Origin: Eubacteriales bacterium | GTDB taxonomy: Bacteria; Bacillota; Clostridia; Oscillospirales; CAG-272 | Assembly (NCBI GenBank): GCA_045658925.1 | Contig: JAZOVV010000039.1 | Coordinates: 2,621-66,620 of the forward strand | Direction: 5' to 3' | Length of the DNA stretch: 64,000 nt | Part shown: piece by piece, positions 36,513 to 48,331 of the stretch | Position numbering within the stretch: position 1 is the stretch's first letter | How the letters are laid out: the number at the start of each line of letters is the position of its first letter | Notes under the pieces: generated by a model | What the model saw: only the letters and a program-made list of their open reading frames with translations | What the model was told of the DNA's origin: nothing | Databases searched by the model: none | Position numbers and translations under genes: made by a program

Positions 36513-38192
36513 TCAAAGGGTAGCAATCATATTTTGGATGCGGCGAGTGGTTTCTTCTTTGCCGAGTATCTGCATAACGGTATAAAGGTCGGGAGCGTTC
36601 ATTTTTCCCGTAACCGCTACGCGCAAAAACATACTTACGTCGGCAATACTGCCGCGGTACTCCTCGGGAGATGCCTTGTAAGCCTTCATATCGTCGGCGT
36701 AGCCGATTTCGCGTGCAACCGCCTTAACCTTTTCAAACCAGGCGTTCATATCGTCGGTCATATCAAAGGTGAGAAGGAACTTTTCAAGTGCCGCTTTAAT
36801 GTCGGCCTTGTCAAATTTCTCTTCGTATTGGTCCTCTTGAACGAAGTCGAAGAAGAATCCCATATAGGGTTTTGCATCGGACCAAGTTGCCAAGTCTTTT
36901 CTCGGCTTTTTGCCGCCGCGACCGATAGCGAAGATGGCCTCGGTGAAAGCGGGATCGCGAGCAAGCTTTTCGCCAAAGGCGGGATCATACTCAAGAGCCC
37001 AAGCGGTGACTTGCTCGGTAACTTCCTTGGCACTCATACGGGAGATCACGTTCTTGCTGACGTCATTGAGCTTGTTAAAGTCGAACAGACAACCCGACGT
37101 ACTCATCTTTTTGATGTTGAAGGGGAAGTCGGTGTAGGGCTTGTCCGCATTTTGCATATGCCACTCCTCATAGTTGGAGTTGAGCAGAGTCATAATGTAT
37201 TCGCAAACGCAAGCGGGCGCATAACCCATACGGCTGTAATCATCCATATTGGCACCCATATCGCGCTTGGAGAGCTTCTTCTTGTTGCCGTTTTCATCAA
37301 GGCGCATAATTTGCGCGATGTGCATATACTTTGGCATTTTGAAGCCAAGATAACGGAAGAGCATAATATGCTTGGAAAGGCTGGGGAGCCATTCCTCACC
37401 GCGAATAACGTGTGTGGTTCCCATCAAGTGGTCATCCACTGCGTGGGCGAAGTGATAGGTGGGAATTCCGTCAGACTTGAGCAGAACGAAATCCTCATCG
37501 TTTTCGGGAATATCCAATTTTCCTTTTACCAAATCGGTAAAGGGCGTTTTCTTTTCGGGGTCACCGTCAGCCAACATACGCAAAACAAAGGGATTGCCTG
37601 CCGCAAGGTTTGCTTCAACCTCTTCGAGGGTGATGTTGCGAGCTGCCAACATCTTTTCACGTTGCTCGGTTTGATCCTCGTGCCAATCCTTTGCTTTGAT
37701 CTCGGCTTTCTTATCTACCGCATTCATCGCCTCAAGCTCTTCCTTGGTGGTGAACACAGGGTAAGCCTTGCCTTCGCTTACAAGTTGCTTTGCGAAAACG
37801 TGATAGATAGGGCCACGCTGACTTTGCTTGTAGGGGCCGTAGATGCCCTTGTCACAAATCTTGCCGTCCTCACCGATAATCGCACCTTCGTCAAAGCAAA
37901 CGCCATAGTGTGCAAGTGTGCGAATCAAACCTTCGGCTGCACCGTCAACCTCGCGCTTTGCGTCGGTATCCTCAATGCGCAAATAGAACACGCCGCCGCT
38001 TTGGTGTGCGAGGCGCTCGCCAATGGTAGAGGGGAACAGACCGCCAAAGTGAACAAAGCCCGTGGGGCTGGGAGCAAAACGGGTAACTTTTGCGCCTTCG
38101 CCAAGATTACGGGGCGGGAATTTTGCCTCTACATCCGCAGGTGTTTCGGTAACGTTCGGGAAGAGAAGCTCGGCAAGCTTTTGATAATCCAT
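36513..38192 (-). CDS. gltX: Glutamate--tRNA ligase
   Basis: RFAPSPTGFVHFGG (HIGH-like) and KLSKRD (KMSKS). 559 aa. Confidence 0.9.
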   Translation of the reverse strand: MDYQKLAELLFPNVTETPADVEAKFPPRNLGEGAKVTRFAPSPTGFVHFGGLFPSTIGERLAHQSGGVFYLRIEDTDAKREVDGAAEGLIRTLAHYGVCFDEGAIIGEDGKICDKGIYGPYKQSQRGPIYHVFAKQLVSEGKAYPVFTTKEELEAMNAVDKKAEIKAKDWHEDQTEQREKMLAARNITLEEVEANLAAGNPFVLRMLADGDPEKKTPFTDLVKGKLDIPENDEDFVLLKSDGIPTYHFAHAVDDHLMGTTHVIRGEEWLPSLSKHIMLFRYLGFKMPKYMHIAQIMRLDENGNKKKLSKRDMGANMDDYSRMGYAPACVCEYIMTLLNSNYEEWHMQNADKPYTDFPFNIKKMSTSGCLFDFNKLNDVSKNVISRMSAKEVTEQVTAWALEYDPAFGEKLARDPAFTEAIFAIGRGGKKPRKDLATWSDAKPYMGFFFDFVQEDQYEEKFDKADIKAALEKFLLTFDMTDDMNAWFEKVKAVAREIGYADDMKAYKASPEEYRGSIADVSMFLRVAVTGKMNAPDLYTVMQILGKEETTRRIQNMIATL

Positions 38193-38228
38193 AGTATGAT
38201 AAATCCTTTCTTTTGGAAATTGACATTT

Positions 38229-38843
38229 TTAAAGTAACGCGCAGTTCTTTACGGCATCCCCGAGGTCGGTGGGGCATCCGTGTCCTGCATAAATGATGAG
38301 AGAGTGGTCAAGAGACGCCAAACGGGAGAGCGAGCGGCGCAATTTGGCAGGATTGCCGCCGTATAAGTCGTAACGGCCGAATCCGCGGTCGAAGAGTGTG
38401 TCTCCCGTGATGAGGATGTTATCCCCACACAAGTAGCACACCGAACCTTCGGTATGCCCGGGGGTGTGGAGCACGCGAATTTCTTCCTCGCCAAGCATCA
38501 GCACATCATCTTCGCCAAGTACTTTTTCAGGCGTTCGATAGGATCGATTCTGCCCAAAAAAGATGAAAAACGCATTTTTGTTGGCATCTGACGGCATATC
38601 GGCATCACCTGCGTGAATATAAGCAGGAACACCGGCTTTTTCGCGAAGGGTATCGAGCGAGCAGATGTGGTCAAAGTGCCCATGCGTCAAAAGAATATAC
38701 TGCAAAGTCGCACCGTGCTCGGCAGTTTTTTGCAAAATCACGTCAGCGTCTGCCGACGGGTCAACGACCGCGGCTTGATTGCCGCTGATGAGCAGGTAGC
38801 AGTTTGAGCCAAAGGAACCGGGAAAAAGATTGTAAATTTCCAT
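38229..38843 (-). CDS. MBL-fold metallo-hydrolase (glyoxalase II-like)
   Basis: Start at ATG 38843 after an AAGGGGG SD. LLTHGHFDH zinc motif. Confidence 0.85.
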   Translation of the reverse strand: MEIYNLFPGSFGSNCYLLISGNQAAVVDPSADADVILQKTAEHGATLQYILLTHGHFDHICSLDTLREKAGVPAYIHAGDADMPSDANKNAFFIFFGQNRSYRTPEKVLGEDDVLMLGEEEIRVLHTPGHTEGSVCYLCGDNILITGDTLFDRGFGRYDLYGGNPAKLRRSLSRLASLDHSLIIYAGHGCPTDLGDAVKNCALL

Positions 38844-38943
38844 TCGTTCAGCCCCCTTCAAAATCAACTTTACCTTATATTATAGCACGAAAAAAATTAT
38901 TTGTCCACTTGTTTTTTATAAAAAAACAAGAATTTTTGTTTTT

Positions 38944-39711
38944 TTATTTGCGGTTTTGGCGGAAGATTTCAAACGCCAATACCGTTGCGGCAGATGCCGC
39001 CGAAAGAGAACCGCTAAAATCGCGTCCGTAGTCGATGCGAACAATACGGTCTGCCGCATCCAAAAGTGTGCGAGAGATGCCGCGTTTTTCACCGCCTACC
39101 ACTAAAAGAACGGGGTAAGCAAAGTGTTCGTCAAAGACCGAAACCGAATCGCGAATACCTGCGCAAAGAATGGAATATCCTGCTTTGCGGAAGAACTTTA
39201 CGGCATCCTCGCCCTCGGCTTGAAAGAGGGGCAAACACTCCGAAGCACCTGCAGAAGCGCGTGCCACAACACCGCCTGCCGTCATCCAGTTGCGAGGGGG
39301 AAGAACGATGCCGCTCACACCCGCCGCATAAAGCGAGCGGAGGGCGTAACCGAAGTTATAGGGGTCCTCGATGCCTTCAAGATACACGTAAAAACTATCG
39401 GGGCGAATGTCCTCAAACTGTAAAGCAGGGATGGTACGCGACGTGCAAAGTGCCAAAATACCGCCGTGGGTGTTGCCAACCGAGAGGCTGTCGATTTCCT
39501 CGGCATCCACAAACTCAACGGGGAAGCCGCACTCGTGCGATTTTGCCGTTAAAAATCCGATTTGCGCCGCTTTCGACTTTCTTCTGGAGCGGTCGATGAG
39601 CACCTTTTCAATTTTGCGGTCGTTGATACCATCCGAATTGAGGAGCGCGGAAATAGAGGTCATTCCTTCCAAAATATCCGAGGCGGCAAAGCGTTTTTCT
39701 TCTTTTAACAT
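38944..39711 (-). CDS. TrmH/SpoU-family RNA 2'-O-methyltransferase (RlmB-like)
   Basis: LEGIEDPYNFGYALRS and LVVGGEKRGIS motifs of the SPOUT superfamily. Confidence 0.85.
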   Translation of the reverse strand: MLKEEKRFAASDILEGMTSISALLNSDGINDRKIEKVLIDRSRRKSKAAQIGFLTAKSHECGFPVEFVDAEEIDSLSVGNTHGGILALCTSRTIPALQFEDIRPDSFYVYLEGIEDPYNFGYALRSLYAAGVSGIVLPPRNWMTAGGVVARASAGASECLPLFQAEGEDAVKFFRKAGYSILCAGIRDSVSVFDEHFAYPVLLVVGGEKRGISRTLLDAADRIVRIDYGRDFSGSLSAASAATVLAFEIFRQNRK

Positions 39712-39738
39712 AAAAACAATTCCTTTTTATCAAATCAC

Positions 39739-39767
39739 TTCTAAAATTCAAGAGCGGCGCATAGTAT
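39739..39767 (+). promoter_or_regulatory. Candidate mother-cell (sigmaE-type) promoter of spoIIID
   Basis: TTCTAAA-14 nt-CATAGTAT, 33 nt upstream of the ATG. Same -35-like heptamer and spacing as upstream of spoIVA. Confidence 0.45.
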
Positions 39768-39800
39768 CAAACAGAGAAAACCCAAATAGGAGGATGCGAT

Positions 39801-40073
39801 ATGATCTCTGATTGGACGCAAAGGGAGCGATGTGTTGTGCTGGGGGAATACCTGTTGGAGCACACCGCAACCGTGAGAGGTGCCGCACGTGTGTTTGGCA
39901 TCAGCAAGAGCACAGTACATAAAGACGTTACCGAGAGGCTTCGTCACGTCAACAATGCCTTGTATTTGCAGGTGCAACAGTTGCTTACCAAAAACAAACA
40001 GGAGCGGCACCTGCGCGGTGGAGAGGCTACCCGAAAAAAGTATACCGCAGAGCGTCAGGTTGATGAATCCTAA
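39801..40073 (+). CDS. spoIIID: Sporulation transcriptional regulator SpoIIID
   Basis: 90 aa. ATVRGAARVFGISKSTVHKDVTERL HTH and RHLRGGEATRKKY tail. Confidence 0.95.
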   Translation: MISDWTQRERCVVLGEYLLEHTATVRGAARVFGISKSTVHKDVTERLRHVNNALYLQVQQLLTKNKQERHLRGGEATRKKYTAERQVDES

Positions 40074-40176
40074 AGGCTTTTTTGGGCGTATTGGGTAAAA
40101 ATTCCATCAATTAAATTATATTATACCATATACCGCACGTGTTTGCAATTCTTTTTTACAAAAAAGAATATAAAAA

Positions 40177-41091
40177 TCAAAGGATGGTAGGAAAGAGGAA
40201 AAGAGATGCACGCATCGTGGCATAAATAGAAGATATTTGTGTAATCGGCAGGGGATTTTTTCCTCTGCCGCATTCCATTGTAAAGGCGGGAATCGAGAGC
40301 TTTTCTACGCACCAATCGGAGAGTCCGCCGTATGCGGCAAGCCCCTCTGCGCGCGATAGCTTATAACCCGTCAACTCGGAAAGTCGGCGTGCCGTAATAC
40401 TGTTCTCTCGCCCTTCGCGACAGGGTGGCGCAAATATCTCCTCGCCTTGCGTATGTAGCGTCATCACACCTCTCCAAGGAGCGGAAAAACGGATGAGATT
40501 GCAAAGCGCCGCTACCTCGGGCTCACTTTCGGCGCACTCACCGCTAAAACGGGTGGGCGCGCCTTTTTTGATGCCTTTCTGCCGCTCAAGCTTTTTGTAT
40601 TCCTCAAAACCCGCATCGTAGTTGTGATTGAGGTCCACACCGCGCGCGTTTGCCTGCCACGAGGAAAAGTCCGCGCTCCCGTCATTCATTTCCAAGAGCC
40701 TCTCGCGCAAGGGATTCTCCTCGCTCACCCCGTGAATTTGATATTCCACACCGTCGGGATTGAGCATAGGAAGAACAGAAAGCGTATAACCCTTTAAAAG
40801 GTCACACGGGTAAATTCCAAAAACGCGCTCTTTTGCGTCGATCGTTTTGCAAAGCTCCTCACCAAACTGTGCCAAAACAAGGGAAGTGATCCATTCCATT
40901 CCGTGGTGCGCACCTACGTAGAGTACGCGTCGGTTTCCGTTTCCAATATGTAAAATGGGGATGGCGCGGTCAAGAATAGACGTGCCTATGTAAGAGAGGG
41001 TAACAAAAGGATAGGCATCCGCCAAAGGATGCAAACGCTTCATCAGTGCGGCATAATCGAATGGGCGGGTGCAGTCTTGTTGGTTGGGCAT
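40177..41091 (-). CDS. M14-family zinc peptidase (gamma-D-glutamyl-meso-diaminopimelate peptidase-like)
   Basis: VGAHHGMEWITS (HxxE zinc site), DLNHNYDAGF and MTLHTQGE segments. Confidence 0.8.
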   Translation of the reverse strand: MPNQQDCTRPFDYAALMKRLHPLADAYPFVTLSYIGTSILDRAIPILHIGNGNRRVLYVGAHHGMEWITSLVLAQFGEELCKTIDAKERVFGIYPCDLLKGYTLSVLPMLNPDGVEYQIHGVSEENPLRERLLEMNDGSADFSSWQANARGVDLNHNYDAGFEEYKKLERQKGIKKGAPTRFSGECAESEPEVAALCNLIRFSAPWRGVMTLHTQGEEIFAPPCREGRENSITARRLSELTGYKLSRAEGLAAYGGLSDWCVEKLSIPAFTMECGRGKNPLPITQISSIYATMRASLFLFPTIL

Positions 41092-41125
41092 AAGAAAAAA
41101 CCTCCCGTTTTGAATTTTCTATATC

Positions 41126-41154
41126 AGTATATGAAAGAGGGGAAAAATTGACAA
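41126..41154 (-). promoter_or_regulatory. Candidate mother-cell sigma promoter of the M14 peptidase gene
   Basis: Minus strand reads TTGTCAA-14 nt-CATATACT. 5 of 7 heptamer positions match, with the same spacing as the spoIVA and spoIIID motifs. Confidence 0.35.
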
Positions 41155-41159
41155 ATAGG

Positions 41160-41189
41160 TTGACATAGCACCGAGGAGTGTGGTATAAT
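41160..41189 (+). promoter_or_regulatory. sigmaA-type promoter of the membrane protein gene
   Basis: TTGACA-18 nt-TATAAT with a TGg extended -10. Confidence 0.6.
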
Positions 41190-41217
41190 AGGTTAGAAAA
41201 TTTTGCGGAGGTGCTAC

Positions 41218-42012
41218 GTGCAAAACCTTTTGTTTGATGAGATTTGCATCAAGCGTTTCAAAAAGTGGTTTTTGATTTTTGCAATCGCTTGTGCAGGCTT
41301 TATATCCGCCATTTATACACCCGTCTATCTTTTGCTATCCTCAAATGCCTTGTGGGATGACTCAATCGTTCTGTTTTTGTGGACGGAGCTGCTCGGTCCC
41401 GTGATGGACTTCACTTTTTATTGGGGCTCGTTTGCTTTCCTTATTTATATCTATTTGCGTTTTGGCAAAAAGCAAATCAAGTATTTTGTTCTCATATATT
41501 TCGCCACTGTGGTAGCGAGATACCTCTTTACAATGTTCGTTAGCTTTTCCATTATGTCCTTCCCGGGGTGGGGAACCTTTTGGGAAGAGGAGCTGTGGGG
41601 AGCGATATTTAGCATTGTTATGGATTGCTTGCAAATGATAGGTGTTCTTCTGCTTGCCGAATATTGTTGCCGCCGCCCGTTGATGCGCAACAGAGTAAAT
41701 TCCAAAGGGACATCGGGGCAAGAGATTATCGCCGATTGCTTACCGGTAGAGGACATTTTCAACGTTAAAAAGCCTTTCCCCAAGCTATGTCTGTTTGCTT
41801 CGCTCATTCCGTCAGGACTGAAAATGCTTTCGCGCCTGTATTATGATATCTTTTTCTGGGGGCTCCCGCAGGATAGTACAGACTGGCTTTTGATAGCGAC
41901 TTATTACATTGGCGATATCGCTTCGTTTCTCATCGGCTATTTCGTTCTTTTGTACGTTTTACAGCTGTTTTATGCCGATGAAATCAAAAGACGAATCGAG
42001 TTCGAATCTTAA
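41218..42012 (+). CDS. Polytopic membrane protein (unknown)
   Basis: Start taken at GTG 41218, 6 nt after a GGAGG SD. About 6 TM helices. No recognisable motif. Confidence 0.6.
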   Translation: MQNLLFDEICIKRFKKWFLIFAIACAGFISAIYTPVYLLLSSNALWDDSIVLFLWTELLGPVMDFTFYWGSFAFLIYIYLRFGKKQIKYFVLIYFATVVARYLFTMFVSFSIMSFPGWGTFWEEELWGAIFSIVMDCLQMIGVLLLAEYCCRRPLMRNRVNSKGTSGQEIIADCLPVEDIFNVKKPFPKLCLFASLIPSGLKMLSRLYYDIFFWGLPQDSTDWLLIATYYIGDIASFLIGYFVLLYVLQLFYADEIKRRIEFES

Positions 42013-42026
42013 AAGAAAACATCCCC

Positions 42027-42058
42027 AAAGAGCTTTGCTTCGGCAAGGCTCTTTTTTA
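42027..42058 (+). terminator. Rho-independent terminator
   Basis: aaagagctttgc-N4-gcaaggctcttt hairpin plus a T-run. Confidence 0.75.
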
Positions 42059-42110
42059 GCACTCTGGCGTAATGTTAACAAAATGTTCAAAAAATTATTG
42101 TATAAAACTA

Positions 42111-42139
42111 TTGACAAACTGTCAAAAACGTGGTAAATT
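42111..42139 (+). promoter_or_regulatory. sigmaA-type promoter of the hrcA-grpE-dnaK operon
   Basis: TTGACA-17 nt-TAAATT with a TGg extended -10, 12 nt upstream of CIRCE. Confidence 0.7.
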
Positions 42140-42150
42140 TATATCGTAAG

Positions 42151-42177
42151 TTAGCACTCAACCAAATCGAGTGCTAA
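42151..42177 (+). promoter_or_regulatory. CIRCE operator (HrcA binding site)
   Basis: Perfect match TTAGCACTC-N9-GAGTGCTAA. Confidence 0.95.
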
Positions 42178-42208
42178 AAACACGAAAAAAGCAGCAGAAA
42201 GGAGCAAA

Positions 42209-43309
42209 TTGGTCGTGAAGGACGAAAATCGTGGATTAAGCGAGCGAAAAAAGCAAATATTAAAAGCAATCGTCGATGCACATATTGAGGGCGGCGAACC
42301 GGTTGGTTCCAAGTATATTCTGCAAAGCAAAAACATCAATTGCTCCTCGGCAACCATCCGTAACGAGATGGCAGAGCTTGAGGAAATGGGATATCTCGAG
42401 CAGCCTCACGCATCCGCGGGGCGCGTTCCCAGTGAGCTCGGTTACCGTTTTTACGTTGACGCGCTCATCGAGCGTTACGCAATGACAACCAATGAGATTG
42501 CGCAAATCAATGCGCTTCTCAAAGCAAAAATGGGGGAGCTTGACCAAATCCTTTTGGCGGCATCCAACCTGGCATCGGCTATGACCAACTATACGGGCAT
42601 TGCCATCAAGCCAAAACTTCACTCTGTCAGCGTTGAAAAATTCGAGACCATTTATCTCGATCCCGACCACATCATTTTGGTAGCGGTCGATTCCGACGGA
42701 AACGTAAAGAGCAAGCATCTGCACTCCGAGACGCAAGCCTTCTCGCAAGTGGCGGTCACAAAGCTTGCGCGCGTGCTCAATTCCACGCTCGTAGGTCTTT
42801 CCGCCGAGCAAATTACGCTTCCTATTATGATGCGTATCGAGCAGGAAATGGGTATCGACAGTGCCATTGTAGGGAACGTTATCAAGGTCATTTATGATTT
42901 GCTTAATGAATCCGACCACGGAGAAATGCGTGTAAGTGGCATTGATAGACTTCTGCAATATCCCGAATATAGCGACGTCACACAGCTCCAAGGGCTGCTT
43001 GGCACGCTTGAAAAGAAAGAAGATATTCTAAATCTCGTTTCACAGAGTGAAACGGAAGACGTAAGCGTTCTCATCGGCTCCGAAAGTCAGGTCAAGGTGA
43101 TGAACAATTCCGCACTCGTGTTCAAGCCCATTGTTAAGGATGGCAAAACACTGGGAGCCATCGGCATTTTGGGACCGCGGCGTATGGACTACGCAAAGGT
43201 TTTGGCAACGCTCGAGGGGCTTAGCGGCAACATATCCAATATGATACACACGAACAAACAACTGAACGGAGGAGAACCCGATGGAGGAAATGAAAACCGC
43301 GGCGAATGA
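42209..43309 (+). CDS. hrcA: Heat-inducible transcription repressor HrcA
   Basis: LSERKKQILKAIVDAHIEGGEPVGSKYI winged-helix N-terminus. The start is TTG 42209 or GTG 42215 after an AGGAG SD. Confidence 0.9.
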   Translation: MVVKDENRGLSERKKQILKAIVDAHIEGGEPVGSKYILQSKNINCSSATIRNEMAELEEMGYLEQPHASAGRVPSELGYRFYVDALIERYAMTTNEIAQINALLKAKMGELDQILLAASNLASAMTNYTGIAIKPKLHSVSVEKFETIYLDPDHIILVAVDSDGNVKSKHLHSETQAFSQVAVTKLARVLNSTLVGLSAEQITLPIMMRIEQEMGIDSAIVGNVIKVIYDLLNESDHGEMRVSGIDRLLQYPEYSDVTQLQGLLGTLEKKEDILNLVSQSETEDVSVLIGSESQVKVMNNSALVFKPIVKDGKTLGAIGILGPRRMDYAKVLATLEGLSGNISNMIHTNKQLNGGEPDGGNENRGE

Positions 43310-43817
43310 GGAACAGGTAAAGACCGAAGCGCCGAAAACAGATAAAAAGAAGACGAAAAAGCCCGAGGCGGAACTCGCAGAGCTTACCAAAAAGTTGGAA
43401 GCAAAAACTGCCGAATGCGAGGAATGTAACGATAGATATATGCGTATGATGGCAGAGTACGATAACTTCCGCAAAAGAAGCGCAAAAGAGAAGGAGGGCG
43501 TTTGGGCAGATGCTTACAGCGATTGCATCGCACACCTCTTGCCTATCCTCGATAATCTCGAGCGCGCAAGCAAGTCCGATAACGTAGAAGCCGTTACCAA
43601 GGGACTTGAAATGACTGTTAAGGCATTTGACGACGCTATGGATAAAATGGGCGTCAAGGAGATCGAATGCAAAACCTTCGATCCCAATCTTCACAACGCA
43701 GTTATGCACGTGGAGGATGAGCAGTATGGCGAGGGTGAGATCGTAGAGGTCTTCCAAAAAGGCTACTGCAAGGGTGACAAGGTCATCCGCTATGCGATGG
43801 TCAAGGTTGCAAACTGA
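43281..43817 (+). CDS. grpE: Nucleotide exchange factor GrpE
   Basis: RMMAEYDNFRKR and the C-terminal FDPNLHNAV...GYCKGDKVIRYAMVKV region. Overlaps the hrcA end by 29 nt. Confidence 0.9.
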   Translation: MEEMKTAANEEQVKTEAPKTDKKKTKKPEAELAELTKKLEAKTAECEECNDRYMRMMAEYDNFRKRSAKEKEGVWADAYSDCIAHLLPILDNLERASKSDNVEAVTKGLEMTVKAFDDAMDKMGVKEIECKTFDPNLHNAVMHVEDEQYGEGEIVEVFQKGYCKGDKVIRYAMVKVAN

Positions 43818-43871
43818 CGTCGCAATCAATATGTTTAAAATTTAGTTTTATATATTTGGAGGTAAATTATT

Positions 43872-45695
<1,824 letters not shown>

Positions 45696-45741
45696 TCAAC
45701 CAGTCTTATCGGGACTGTCTTAATTTGATGCAGAAGGCGTG

Positions 45742-45928
45742 ATCGGACCAACGTAGCCGTACCAATGTACGGCAGAGGGTCCGAGCACGACTAAAAAGCC
45801 ACATAAAAAGGAAGAAATCCGCCCCCAAAATGGCGGATTTCAACCTTGTAGCAAATTCTTGGTATATTAGGTGAATTTGACTTATCTGATATGAGTGGCT
45901 TTTGTTCTGCGCTAAGTAAGACAGCCCC
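45742..45928 (-). repeat. Structured intergenic repeat element, copy B (inverted relative to copy A)
   Basis: The reverse complement aligns block-wise with 23100-23290. Both hairpin stems are preserved, the loops differ, and the AT-rich core carries indels. Confidence 0.85.
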
Positions 45929-45935
45929 GTTGGGT

Positions 45936-45989
45936 GTATTTTGCTTTTCCGTGTTTATTTGCCAAAATGAGCAGGGAAAAGCAAGATAC
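45936..45989 (+). other. 15-bp-stem hairpin immediately upstream of the dnaJ RBS
   Basis: gtattttgcttttcc (45936-45950) pairs with ggaaaagcaagatac (45975-45989), with one U-G/mismatch position and a 24-nt loop. It ends 11 nt before the dnaJ SD (GGAAAGGA). Confidence 0.6.
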
Positions 45990-46008
45990 AAGAACGGAAA
46001 GGATACCT

Positions 46009-47181
46009 ATGGCAAACAAAAGAGACTATTACGAGGTTCTGGGCGTTGATAAAAACGCCGACGAGAGCACGATAAAAAAGGCATATTATAAGCTTGCAAA
46101 GCAGTACCATCCCGATACCAATCCCGGTGATAAGGTAGCAGAGGAAAAGTTCAAGGAAGCAAACGAAGCATACGAGGTTCTCTCCGATGCCACCAAAAAA
46201 GCGAAGTACGACCAATTCGGCCACGCGGCTTTTGACCCCTCAATGGGCGGAGGCGACGGCGGATTTGGCGGATTTGGCGGCTTCTCGGGCGGTTTTTCGG
46301 ATTTTGGCGACCTTGGCGATATTCTTGGCAGTATGTTCGGTGGCGGATTTGGCGGTGCCGGCAGCTCACGTCGCCGTAACGGTCCTGTGCAAGGTGACGA
46401 TATCAGTACAACCGCAACCATCACCTTTGAAGAAGCTGTTTTCGGCGTTAAAAAGGATGTTTCCTATACCCGTGTTTGCCATTGTAACGATTGTCAAGGC
46501 ACAGGAGCAAGTGACGGTAGCCGCGGTGTCGAAACCTGCTCGGTATGTCAGGGACGCGGACAAGTCAGTCGTGTTCAGCGTATGGGCGGAATGTCGTTCC
46601 AATCCACAGCACCTTGCGAAAACTGTCGCGGAACGGGTAAGGTCATCAAAAATCCTTGCTCCAAGTGTCGCGGTTCGGGTATGACGAGAGAGGGTAAACG
46701 TCTCACTGTTTCCATTCCCGCAGGTATCGATAACGGCGAGCGCATTGCACTGCGCGGTCAAGGTAACGAGGGACGCAACGGCGGTCCCGCCGGTGATCTG
46801 ATTATCACTGTTTCGGTTCGCTCGCACAATTTCTTCGAGCGTGACGGTTACAACGTTTACTGCGAGGTTCCCGTTACGGTGGCAGAGGCTACCTTGGGTG
46901 CAGAGATTGACGTTCCCACACTTGAGGGCAACATCAAGCACACCATTCCCGAGGGAACACAGCCCGGTACAAGATTTACAATGCGCGGCAAGGGTGTTCC
47001 GTACGTCAACGGCAACGGTCGCCGCGGCGATTTGATTTTCCGTACGGTTGTTGAAATTCCGCGTGGACTCAACGAAAAGCAAAAAACGGCAATGAAAGCC
47101 TTTGCCGAGAGCTGCGGAGAGAGCAACTATGCAAAACATAAGCAGTTTTTCAAAAAGATTTTTGGATCAAAGGACAAATAA
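46009..47181 (+). CDS. dnaJ: Molecular chaperone DnaJ
   Basis: Start at ATG 46009 ([13 protein letters not shown]). HPD motif (YHPDTNPG), a G/F-rich region, and four CxxCxGxG zinc-finger repeats. Confidence 0.97.
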   Translation: MANKRDYYEVLGVDKNADESTIKKAYYKLAKQYHPDTNPGDKVAEEKFKEANEAYEVLSDATKKAKYDQFGHAAFDPSMGGGDGGFGGFGGFSGGFSDFGDLGDILGSMFGGGFGGAGSSRRRNGPVQGDDISTTATITFEEAVFGVKKDVSYTRVCHCNDCQGTGASDGSRGVETCSVCQGRGQVSRVQRMGGMSFQSTAPCENCRGTGKVIKNPCSKCRGSGMTREGKRLTVSIPAGIDNGERIALRGQGNEGRNGGPAGDLIITVSVRSHNFFERDGYNVYCEVPVTVAEATLGAEIDVPTLEGNIKHTIPEGTQPGTRFTMRGKGVPYVNGNGRRGDLIFRTVVEIPRGLNEKQKTAMKAFAESCGESNYAKHKQFFKKIFGSKDK

Positions 47182-48141
47182 ATGATGATAGATCAAGATT
47201 ACGTATGCGGTGATTACGGCACCGAAAGCGAATGGACACAGGTTAAAGTTACGGTCAAGCTCGAACGCCTTGACGACCTTGTAGCCATTATGAGCATGGT
47301 CTCCAACAATCTGCAAATTGAAGATTACAGTGATATCGACCTTAAAACCTGTTACGGTGACCTTATCGACGAGAGTATTCTCAATGCCGATAAGACCATT
47401 GCATCGGTATCGGTTTATTTGCCTGCCGAGAGAAGCGTTGCCGAGTGCATATCCTTCCTGCGCGAGCGTTTCGTAGCATCCGACTTGACAGATGCAAAAA
47501 TAGAAACCGTTGGCGTTAACGAAGAGGATTGGGCAAATTCTTGGAAGGCTTATTACAAGCCTATCAAAATCGGTGAGCGCTTGGTTATTGTTCCCGCATG
47601 GGAAAAATACACGCCTGCCGAGGGCGAATTGATTGTGCGTATGGACCCCGGAATGGCATTTGGAACAGGTACACACGAGACCACAAGACTCGTTATCAAA
47701 CTGCTCGAAACCTACACCAAAGAGGGCTGCAGAATGCTTGACGTAGGTACGGGAAGTGGCATTTTGGCTATCTGTGCGTCCAAATTGGGAGCAGGGGAGT
47801 GTCGCGCTTATGACATCGACCCGATGGCAGTTCGCGTAGCGAATGAAAACATCAAGGATAGTGGACTTACCAACATCACCTGCGAGGTCTCCGACCTTTT
47901 GCGTCAGGTCGATAAGAGCCAACCCTATGACCTCATTTGTGCCAATATCGTTGCGGATATCATCATTCGTATGACGCCAGACGTGGGAGAATTGATGCAC
48001 AAGGATACCGTTCTTTTGGCATCGGGTATCATTTTGGAGAGAAGCGACGATGTTGTGGAGTGCTTTGAGAAGCACGGCTTCCGCATTGTTGAACGTCTTG
48101 AAGAAAACGGTTGGTGCGGTCTTGCAGTCATGAAAAAATAA
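47182..48141 (+). CDS. prmA: Ribosomal protein L11 methyltransferase
   Basis: FGTGTHETTRL and DVGTGSGILAI motifs. Starts directly after the dnaJ stop. Confidence 0.9.
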   Translation: MMIDQDYVCGDYGTESEWTQVKVTVKLERLDDLVAIMSMVSNNLQIEDYSDIDLKTCYGDLIDESILNADKTIASVSVYLPAERSVAECISFLRERFVASDLTDAKIETVGVNEEDWANSWKAYYKPIKIGERLVIVPAWEKYTPAEGELIVRMDPGMAFGTGTHETTRLVIKLLETYTKEGCRMLDVGTGSGILAICASKLGAGECRAYDIDPMAVRVANENIKDSGLTNITCEVSDLLRQVDKSQPYDLICANIVADIIIRMTPDVGELMHKDTVLLASGIILERSDDVVECFEKHGFRIVERLEENGWCGLAVMKK

Positions 48142-48155
48142 AACCGAAATGCACG

Positions 48156-48193
48156 AAAAAGGAGAACGTTTTACCAAACGTTCTCCTTTTTTC
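48156..48193 (+). terminator. Rho-independent terminator after prmA
   Basis: aaaaaggagaacgtt-N6-aacgttctccttttt perfect 15-bp stem plus a T-run. Confidence 0.85.
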
Positions 48194-48256
48194 TTCAAAA
48201 GTGCCTCAAAATTGTAAAAAAACAAGAAAAATAAGCCGTTTTTTCCAAAAAAGGTG

Positions 48257-48285
48257 TTTACAAATCGGCGATTTTGTAGTACAAT
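48257..48285 (+). promoter_or_regulatory. sigmaA-type promoter of pyrH-frr
   Basis: TTTACA-17 nt-TACAAT. Confidence 0.55.
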
Positions 48286-48331
48286 ATAAGGGAATATATA
48301 GTATATATTAAAAGCAAGGAGACGTGTCAAT

